Shown here: one piece after another, positions 16,507 to 22,715 of the stretch
Numbering within the stretch: position 1 is the first letter of the stretch
Layout of the letters: every line of letters starts with the position of its first letter
DNA from: Halolamina pelagica
GTDB taxonomy: Archaea; Halobacteriota; Halobacteria; Halobacteriales; Haloferacaceae
Direction of reading: 5' to 3'
DNA length: 24,000 nt
Assembly (NCBI RefSeq): GCF_900115675.1
Contig: NZ_FOXI01000003.1
Coordinates: forward strand, 234,767 to 258,766
The notes under the pieces: model-generated
The model's database searches: none
The model's input: the letters and a program-made list of their open reading frames with translations, nothing else
Told to the model about the DNA's origin: nothing
Position numbers and translations under genes: made by a program

Positions 16507-16524
16507 TTGCATAACATTATGCAA
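16507..16524. promoter_or_regulatory. Perfect palindrome TTGCATAA-CA-TTATGCAA; candidate operator of the RHH-helicase operon
   Basis: The 8-bp arms are perfectly complementary with a 2-nt spacer. The palindrome ends 5 nt upstream of the RHH ATG (16501), between a T-rich TATA-like stretch (CTTTTTGA on the gene strand) and the start codon. Confidence 0.55.
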
Positions 16525-16802
16525 TACCCGTTCAAAAAGTTTCTGTATGGTGATATATCAGGTTACTGGTTTCTCTGAGTTACTTTCATCGAGATACAAA
16601 CCACCTGTTCGAGGATATACGAGTAGTTCGATACCACTCAATACAAAACCAGAACTGACGATTCTGGGATATATATCGTCTATACAATGACAGACGGCGT
16701 ACGGCTGGATATGTCGAATAATCGATTCAGATCGTAGAACATTGGTAATGAGATGTACGTAAGTTTGTGGTCTCGTCGCCACCAATCAGCTCACTAATCC
16801 GA

Positions 16803-16819
16803 GCTGACATGCCATCACC
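16803..16819 (+). repeat. Motif copy E5 (inverted orientation): GCTGA-C-ATGCCATCACC
   Basis: Read directly from the plus strand, inside the 16502-16952 AT-rich intergenic region. It is the only copy in the opposite orientation. Confidence 0.7.
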
Positions 16820-16952
16820 CGTATCGTCCAGTACCACGATAGCGGCGAACCTCCCTACATTTTGAGTTTCAGCGGGTCTTTGTAAAATTGGTCGGGGGGT
16901 GTCAAAGGCCTTTACCGGGGCGTTTAGGGGCGTCGAAGTTTGGGGGACAACG

Positions 16953-17807
16953 TCACTTGGAGTCGAGTGTCTCCTGTTCGAGGTTCGGCTCCTCCCACGG
17001 ATCATCGAAGTCGACTGTGCTGAGTGCGTGATCAAATTCCTCGTGGGTGAACTCCGCGCTGGTATCGTCGGCTTGCCCCACAAGTTCCATATTGATGCTC
17101 TTGTACCGCCGTTCGAGATCACTCATCGAATCAGTCCGTGACGAATGGATCAAAAAATGGCCGTAGCCGCGATTTTTTCCCGAGCCAATCGACGTGTGCA
17201 TATCGAAGGCAACATCGTGTTGACCATCCGGATTGAGTTCGCCAACGGGGAAATCGTATCGTGGCTCACGGCCTTCTTCAGCGGCGGTGACACGCTCCTC
17301 AGCAATTCGCTCGAAGGTGTTATTGAGATAGTCACATAGTCGGCTGGATTGTGCCTGGGCACATACTACGGCCGCTCTGAGGGCACAGACACGTCCCCGC
17401 TCGTTCTCAGCGGACCAACTGTCGACGACATCTACTTGTCCCGTTCCGAGTTGATAGAGAGATCGGACCTGTGAGGTCACGTCGCTCTCAATACTGGTGT
17501 CTTCGGTCGCTATCGTTAGAATCCGCTTCCAGAACATATTGTCGTATCCCGACCTAACGAGCTCCCAGGCGGCCCACGCCGAGGCTTCTTTGTCTGACCG
17601 CCTCACTGATTTTTGTAGCAACGAACTCACGTCAAAGATATTGTATCGGGCATCGGTCTGAAACCGTCCAGTGGGATCACCATCATCCCCTACATTCTTT
17701 GTTGCCTGTTCGCCCTCCTCGCTTTCCTCTAACTCTCCATCTTCGCCGAAGCGAAGTTGATCGCTGGACTTGTCAGTCACGGGTATTCCCAAGTAAAGAT
17801 AGGACAT
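16953..17807 (-). CDS. MgsA/WRNIP1 C-terminal-domain-like protein without an AAA+ module (tentative)
   Basis: SSLLQKSVRRSDKEASAWAAWELVRSGYDNMFWKRILTIATEDTS resembles the MgsA_C signature (hKSiRGSDpdAAlyW...G.D...i.RRl...A.EDig). No Walker motifs are present. The ORF-track start at 17882 is TTG. I prefer the ATG at 17807 (MSYLYLGIPV..., 284 aa). Confidence 0.55.
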   Translation of the reverse strand: MSYLYLGIPVTDKSSDQLRFGEDGELEESEEGEQATKNVGDDGDPTGRFQTDARYNIFDVSSLLQKSVRRSDKEASAWAAWELVRSGYDNMFWKRILTIATEDTSIESDVTSQVRSLYQLGTGQVDVVDSWSAENERGRVCALRAAVVCAQAQSSRLCDYLNNTFERIAEERVTAAEEGREPRYDFPVGELNPDGQHDVAFDMHTSIGSGKNRGYGHFLIHSSRTDSMSDLERRYKSINMELVGQADDTSAEFTHEEFDHALSTVDFDDPWEEPNLEQETLDSK

Positions 17808-17916
17808 ATAAGATAATAAACCTTTACTAATTGATACAATTGGCGAAAAATGTGATTTCGGTCGTCGGATGTCAAGGGACAACTACCTTCAATACGTGGT
17901 CTGATAGCTAAGTAAG

Positions 17917-19266
17917 ATGGCTCTCGCTGACAATCAACAGCTAACTCGCGTCTGGGATGCATTCGAGGAAAACGAATACCGGATGCAAGATAGCCAGGGT
18001 GATATTGTCGATATGGAGACGGCCGATGAGCGCCGACGTGATCGACTCCCACGTCTCCGGGAGCTTATCGACGAGTTCCTTAATGAGAATATGGCGCTGG
18101 GTGAGTTCAAGTCGGAGATTGATGGGCAAAACAAGCGATTCCCATACTGGGGATTCAAAGGTATGAACGGGATGATGTTCTTCAATATGCTCTATAGTTC
18201 CGCTGGCGAAGGTCGGCGGGACGAGCTTGCTGATCTTCTTCGTAACCTCATCCAACCACCAGAAGACGAAAGTGCGGCTAAAGAGAAAATTCGTACCTTG
18301 GAAGGGTTCGTCGAGCGGCTTCGCAATGAGGTGGATGACCTCAGAAAGGCACCTCGACCCGGGTCAATCCCGTACTTTCTCTCGTACTTCTGGCAAATTC
18401 ACGACCCTGACCGATACCCTATCTATTACACGTCGATGGTGAACGCGCTCTCTGATCTTGCACTCTGGGAGCCGAAAGACGACCTCGCTGATAGCTATGC
18501 TGAGTTCTGGGAATTAAACGAAGAGATGCGAGAATCGTTGGCTGACTACACAGGGAGAGACGTACATCTGTGGACCGTTGAGCATGTCTTCTGGTACTGG
18601 CAACAGCGCGACGAGTTCGACGAAGATGACGATGATGAGTCGGGGGAGACAACACACCAAACCCTCCCAGATAGCTACACACCGCCGATTGTGTCGATTC
18701 TCCCAGACCTTGCGGACAACACCGAGGAGATGGAGGAACTTGCCGAGGAGACAGGTAATGCCGTTGAAACACTATTCGAGAATCGTCTGGCGAAGTGCCT
18801 CCGAATGATCGGATTCGAGGTTGAGGAACTCGGCCAGGGGATGGGCCGCAACCCCGACGGTGTTGCCAAAGACCGGATGCACAACTACGCAATCATCTAC
18901 GATGCGAAAGTCCGTCGCAATGGGTACAGCATTAACACCGGAGACGAAAGACAATTTCAGGACTACATCAACAGAGAGGTTCCGACACTACGGAATCAGG
19001 GTTTCCGTAATATCTATTTCGCGGTCATCTCAGGTACGATCTCTGATGAAAGCCAAGAAGCGGTTCGGACTCTCAAGATTACGACGGACATTCAGGAAGT
19101 CAGACTTGTCGAAGCCGACGCACTTCTGGCTCTACTTGAGAATCGATTGCGTGATCCGATGTTTAGCCTTGGTCCGGGCGATGCCAGCGGGCCGGGGATT
19201 CAGGACTTTTTTGCTGAGAGTGGTATCCTCTCCGCCGCCGACATCCGCGAGGAACTTGGCATCTGA
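17917..19266 (+). CDS. Nuclease with C-terminal FokI-type (PD-D/ExK) cleavage domain and an uncharacterised N-terminal domain
   Basis: The C-terminal ~170 aa align by eye with the FokI cleavage domain. GRNPDGVA...YAIIYDAKV (PD at 18853-18858, D-A-K at 18901-18909) matches FokI RKPDGAI...GVIVDTKAY. This is followed by GYSINTGDERQFQDYI (FokI GYNLPIGQADEMQRYV) and YFAVISG (FokI FLFVSG). The N-terminal ~230 aa are helical and W/Y/F-rich (FPYWGFKGMNGMMFFNMLY, PYFLSYFWQIHDPDRYPIYY) and join the C-terminal domain through an acidic linker (DEFDEDDDDE). This is the only plus-strand gene in the island. Confidence 0.85.
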   Translation: MALADNQQLTRVWDAFEENEYRMQDSQGDIVDMETADERRRDRLPRLRELIDEFLNENMALGEFKSEIDGQNKRFPYWGFKGMNGMMFFNMLYSSAGEGRRDELADLLRNLIQPPEDESAAKEKIRTLEGFVERLRNEVDDLRKAPRPGSIPYFLSYFWQIHDPDRYPIYYTSMVNALSDLALWEPKDDLADSYAEFWELNEEMRESLADYTGRDVHLWTVEHVFWYWQQRDEFDEDDDDESGETTHQTLPDSYTPPIVSILPDLADNTEEMEELAEETGNAVETLFENRLAKCLRMIGFEVEELGQGMGRNPDGVAKDRMHNYAIIYDAKVRRNGYSINTGDERQFQDYINREVPTLRNQGFRNIYFAVISGTISDESQEAVRTLKITTDIQEVRLVEADALLALLENRLRDPMFSLGPGDASGPGIQDFFAESGILSAADIREELGI

Positions 19267-19386
19267 TAAAATAACACCATCCCCCCGATGAGCAATCACC
19301 TTCTTAGCGAAGTCTTTCCTCACTTTTTCCTAAAACCTACTACGGCCCGCAACCGCCTTCAGCGTACTATTCGAGCCGTAATTTCC

Positions 19387-20286
19387 CTAACTGATTTCGA
19401 TCTGGTTAGTGTATCCGAACTGTGTTCGTGGCGGACACCCATGAGCTATGTAGTGAGCGCCGATTAGATCACATTCGACCTCCCCACGCTTGTGAGATGC
19501 GTCAAGATCGGTCCGTGATGAGTATGAAAAGAGTGCATCGCCCCCGTAGGTACTTTCGTGCTTGTAGAGACGCCTACTGATGTTTGAACTCTCACCAATA
19601 TACGCAAGCGGTGGTGCATCTCCCTCATACCATATCCGGTAGAGGCCAACATCAGACGGATCAGCATCGAGGCGGTCAGCCAACCGATACGGCTCCGACC
19701 AATCGCTTGCCATCCAGTTCGGATCGGTTACAGTCTCGAAATTGACCCACGGTTCGGGAGAACGTCCAAGCTCGGCATTTGGTTCATTCTCCCCGTTGTT
19801 TAATGATCCACCGCGCACGCCACCGCTTCGGTACGAGGATTGCTGATAGCCGGAGATGATTCGCCCGAAGTTAGCCGGCGGACTTTCTCCAGCTTCCAAG
19901 CGATACGACGCGATGAGCGCGGCTTCCAAACCCTTGCGTTGCTGATCGTCAGCCGCATATTCCGGCGTCGTGTAAGAGAGTTCGAACCCTGGGCCATCAT
20001 CATCACGAATCGCCCACAGACAGGGAGCGGCGGTATGCGGATCGCGGAACGGCATCTCCGAATCGTGGACACGCCTTGCCAGCGCCCGAATACGATGCTG
20101 TGTGTCTCCTGACTCGCCGATGTAACTGAGTCCTTCTCGGTTCTGGTGCCGTACTCGATAGAGTCCAGGGGCATCAGGGGCGGTAGCGAGAGTATCAGCG
20201 TCCAAGTCCATCCACGGAGACCACTCGACACCACCCCACTCCGGGCCGTCGTAGTCTCGCCAACAGACAGGGGGCCGTTGTACCAT
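19387..20286 (-). CDS. Tandem GIY-YIG nuclease-domain protein
   Basis: There are two internally homologous modules. The first is GLYRVRHQNREGLSYIGESGDTQHRIRAL...GLEAALIASYRLEAGESPPANFG. The second is GLYRIWYEGDAPPLAYIGESSNISRRLYKH...GEVECDLIGAHYIAHGCPPRTQFG. Each carries GxY, YIG, the downstream Arg and the conserved Glu. True ATG start at 20286. Confidence 0.8.
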   Translation of the reverse strand: MVQRPPVCWRDYDGPEWGGVEWSPWMDLDADTLATAPDAPGLYRVRHQNREGLSYIGESGDTQHRIRALARRVHDSEMPFRDPHTAAPCLWAIRDDDGPGFELSYTTPEYAADDQQRKGLEAALIASYRLEAGESPPANFGRIISGYQQSSYRSGGVRGGSLNNGENEPNAELGRSPEPWVNFETVTDPNWMASDWSEPYRLADRLDADPSDVGLYRIWYEGDAPPLAYIGESSNISRRLYKHESTYGGDALFSYSSRTDLDASHKRGEVECDLIGAHYIAHGCPPRTQFGYTNQIEIS

Positions 20287-20422
20287 AGAAACCTATACCG
20301 CCCGTTCTGATCCACAACACTTCAATCGACGGGAAAAACGGCTCACAAGAGACGCGAAAGGAATCACCCAGAGGCTCCGGCCGGGCTGTGGTAGCCCGTT
20401 ACTCACCCTTTCGAAGTGAGCG

Positions 20423-21673
20423 TCACCAGATTTGTTCAGCGGCGTCGTTCCGCGTTTCCGCGTCTGAGTGAAGATACTTCATCGTCGTCGTGACGCTCTT
20501 GTGGCGAAGTTGCTCCTTCGCGTGGTGCGGACCGATGTGATTCGCCCAGTATGTCGCAACCCCGTGACGAATCGCGTACCACGTTATGTCTTTGTGATCT
20601 GGGATAGGAAGATCACCGTCGTCGACGAGCCGACTCAGTAGGTAGTTACATGACTTCGAACTGTACGTAGTCCCTTGCTTCGTGAGCCAGAGCTCGTCCC
20701 GACCACTGTACTTGTCGTACGTTGCTCGTTCTTCTAACCATCGTTCAAGTACTCTTGCTGTGCGTCCCTTGATCGAACAGTTCCAGTGAGCTTCGTTCTT
20801 TGTGGACTCGTCCTTGGGGATGTTGAGCTCGTTGTTCTCAAGGTTAACCCAGTCTGTGGTAGCTCGGCCTACTTCGATGGGACGGAGTCCAGTATCAAGC
20901 GTTACAGCGATGATCGACGGTTCTTTCCAAGAGTTGGCCTGTTTGAATTGCTCAGGGCCGACCTCTGACTTTGGTACACCGAGTCGCTGAGAGACGAACG
21001 TCTTCAGCCGGTCACGCTCCTCAGAGGACATATCGCTATGGTAGCTCTTGATCGAGTTGTATTCCAGCGCCGCCTGATAGAGTGGCTTGAACGCGGTTCG
21101 GCGAAGATAGTCGCGTTCATCCCCGGTTGCTTGACTCAGTTCCGGCTTCGGTTCCCAGTCGTAATCCGTTCCGTGGATGTGGTTCTGGTACTTGAATAGC
21201 CGCTGGACAGCTTTCCCGTAGTGAAGTACGCTTGAATCAGCCATCCCATCTGAGCGGTTGAGGAGGCGGATAAAGCGGTCAGCGTGGTCGGGAGTAAACT
21301 CTGTCGTGTAGGCGTCTTCGTCTTCCCAGAGCCACCTGAATACGATTTCGAGCTTGTAGTGCGTCGACTGAAGGGTACTCTGTGCGAGGCCCTGGCCTTT
21401 CTCTGGGTGTTTCCCGTACGAGCCGAGCCACGAAAGTACCTCCTGTTTGAAGTCGCGGTAGTCGTCGACCATGTTGAGCCCGTATGCTTCGAGGTCTTCG
21501 CGTGATCGTTCACTAATGAGCGGGAAATCGAGTTCCACTGGTTCCGGAGCCGATGGAAGGCTGTCCTGAGGGGTGCCATCACCGGCGGGGAGGTTGTCCA
21601 GCGGATCGGGCTGGTTGGTCACCCGCGCACACCTCGATTTGTCTGTGTGCCATGACACTTTATCGAATCGCAA
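20423..21673 (-). CDS. int: Tyrosine recombinase / phage-type integrase
   Basis: The C-terminal catalytic region reads LDTGLRPIEV (Arg), WYAIRHGVATYW (HxxR) and LRHKSVTTTMKYLH (His and nucleophilic Tyr). It lies next to a tRNA 3' end. The start is uncertain: 21673 is TTG, and an in-frame GTG occurs at 21622. Confidence 0.9.
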   Translation of the reverse strand: MRFDKVSWHTDKSRCARVTNQPDPLDNLPAGDGTPQDSLPSAPEPVELDFPLISERSREDLEAYGLNMVDDYRDFKQEVLSWLGSYGKHPEKGQGLAQSTLQSTHYKLEIVFRWLWEDEDAYTTEFTPDHADRFIRLLNRSDGMADSSVLHYGKAVQRLFKYQNHIHGTDYDWEPKPELSQATGDERDYLRRTAFKPLYQAALEYNSIKSYHSDMSSEERDRLKTFVSQRLGVPKSEVGPEQFKQANSWKEPSIIAVTLDTGLRPIEVGRATTDWVNLENNELNIPKDESTKNEAHWNCSIKGRTARVLERWLEERATYDKYSGRDELWLTKQGTTYSSKSCNYLLSRLVDDGDLPIPDHKDITWYAIRHGVATYWANHIGPHHAKEQLRHKSVTTTMKYLHSDAETRNDAAEQIW

Positions 21674-21776
21674 GACGGCGCGGCTGTCGGGTTGTAGCGT
21701 TTTCGTACGTTATTGGACATCGTTTGGCTCTCCTGAGAAGGGCGAAATCAGCCGAGAGAGCCTGTAAGGCCGCTGA

Positions 21777-21848
21777 AGCCTAGGCCGGAATTTGAATCCG
21801 GGGTCTCGTCCTTACCAAGGACGCGCTTTACCGCTAAGCTACCCAGGC
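21777..21848 (-). tRNA. tRNA-Thr (anticodon GGU), 72 nt, no encoded CCA
   Basis: Hand-folded cloverleaf on the minus strand. The acceptor is GCCTGGG/CCTAGGC (one G-U pair). The D arm is GCTT-AGCGGTA-AAGC. The anticodon arm is CGTCC-TTGGTAA-GGACG, with GGT at positions 34-36. The variable loop is AGACC. The T arm is CCGGA-TTCAAAT-TCCGG. The discriminator is T. Confidence 0.9.
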
Positions 21849-21874
21849 GCGCGTCTTCTCCTACCGCGGTTTCG

Positions 21875-21889
21875 TCTTTAGTGGTTTCG
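21875..21889 (-). promoter_or_regulatory. Candidate BRE/TATA promoter of the tRNA-Thr gene
   Basis: The gene strand reads CGAAACCACTAAAGA. The TAAAGA element ends 26 nt upstream of the tRNA 5' end, and a CGAAA BRE-like element lies immediately upstream of it. Confidence 0.45.
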
Positions 21890-21902
21890 ATTCGCCCCGG
21901 CG

Positions 21903-22571
21903 TCAGGCATCCGTTCCCGTGCCCCGTGCCGCCTCCGGTTCGACGACGCTGTCGGCGTAGCCGGCGAGACGGTCCGCCGTCGACCCGCCCAGCAGCTCCG
22001 CCGCCGCCGGGAGCGCCCCCTCGTAGGAGCGGGCGAGATCGCCCGTGAACGCCAGCAGTTCCTCCGAGGGCGTGGCGTCGACGGCAGCGGCGCCGGCGAC
22101 GACCGCGAGTTCGAACACGTCGACCTCGAGGTTCCGGTCGATCGGGCCGGTCTCCTCGGCGGTCTCGCGGGCCGTCTGGTCGCGGCCGAAAGTCCGGACG
22201 GTCTCGACCGCGCGATCGGCGGCCGGCGTGCGGGCCAACAGCGAGAACCCTCGCGAGACGAGCACGTCGGCCGCGACGACCGAGAGGTCGGCCTCGATGT
22301 CGGCGTCGGGGTCGGTCGCCCACGGCTCGTCGTGTGCCAACTGGCGGGTTAGCGAGAGCCCCTCGTAGATCAGCTGTACGCCGGCTGCCAGTTCGCCGAG
22401 TGCGGCCACGTCGGTCCCGGCGTCGAACGCGCGAGCGGTCGCGAGCGTCAGCGCGCCCGGCGCCATCGACGCCGTTGCCAGCCGCTGGTCGAGCGTCTCA
22501 CGGAGGGGATCGGGCTCGATCTCCCCCAGCGCGTTCCGGGCCGAGCGGCGGGCCACGGCGGCGTCGTCCAT
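21903..22571 (-). CDS. Hypothetical protein (core genome, Ala/Asp-rich, 222 aa)
   Basis: True ATG at 22571. It has high GC with strong third-position GC bias and an acidic composition. No family confidently recognised. The longer overlapping antisense frames are Arg/Pro/Gly-rich shadow ORFs. Confidence 0.7.
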   Translation of the reverse strand: MDDAAVARRSARNALGEIEPDPLRETLDQRLATASMAPGALTLATARAFDAGTDVAALGELAAGVQLIYEGLSLTRQLAHDEPWATDPDADIEADLSVVAADVLVSRGFSLLARTPAADRAVETVRTFGRDQTARETAEETGPIDRNLEVDVFELAVVAGAAAVDATPSEELLAFTGDLARSYEGALPAAAELLGGSTADRLAGYADSVVEPEAARGTGTDA

Positions 22572-22715
22572 CGTGTAACGGAAGCCGCGGCGAAGTCAAA
22601 GGCCTTTGGAAAGCCCACCAAAGCGCCAGCAACGACGGACAACACTGTCAGCCCGTCCGCTCGCCCCGACCACCCGATAGCGAAGGGTTATGGGCGACCA
22701 GTTCGGTGGTGGGGT

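Larger units (their letters stand above)
1..21776. mobile_element. Integrated genomic island / integrative element inserted at tRNA-Thr; right junction in window, left end beyond position 1
   Basis: The integrase sits directly next to the 3' end of tRNA-Thr. There is an abrupt GC change, from 70% at 22021-22080 to 32-63% in samples left of 21776. Cargo includes replication-like, regulatory and nuclease genes. I found no second copy of the tRNA 3' half in the window, so only one att junction is present. Confidence 0.75.

Noticed and set aside
16901-16913. The 13-mer GTCAAAGGCCTTT is shared between the island (16901-16913) and the core promoter region (22595-22607).
   Set aside because: Several 13-mer coincidences are expected among about 6e8 position pairs in a 24-kb window. 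The shared part is mostly a short palindrome, and no flanking similarity exists.
16412-17122. Three ORFs in the AT-rich intergenic region: 16412-16690 plus, 16558-16785 minus, 16727-17122 minus.
   Set aside because: They overlap one another and have basic, hydrophobic composition unlike all credible proteins in the window. The region is better explained as non-coding regulatory or origin-like DNA.
1230-19323. Dozens of 60-180-aa ORFs nested in or antisense to the large island genes (e.g. 1230-1478, 2206-2577, 3012-3548, 4089-4604, 7375-7812, 13397-13939, 14596-15123, 18419-18892).
   Set aside because: They have Ser/Arg/Thr-rich, low-complexity, non-acidic composition. Each overlaps a longer ORF with clear domain motifs. 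None has an independent promoter or spacing signal.
5293-21673. N-terminal extensions in the ORF track at 5325, 9484, 12110, 12393, 13979, 17882 and 21673.
   Set aside because: I checked the codons. They are GTG (5325, 9484, 12110) or TTG (12393, 13979, 17882, 21673). In most cases downstream ATGs fit better, with a TATA box at about -27, a signal peptide beginning at the ATG, or overlap with the upstream stop. Shorter coordinates were used, except for the integrase and TBP, where no good ATG exists.
21770-21780. GGCTTCAGCGG just 3' of the tRNA resembles the GGCATTCAGCGG part of the repeated motif, raising the idea that the motif copies are att-like sites.
   Set aside because: Only an 8-mer (TTCAGCGG) is shared, which is roughly what chance allows in 48 kb. 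The orientation relative to the genes is opposite. The ATGCCATCAAC core is absent at the tRNA.
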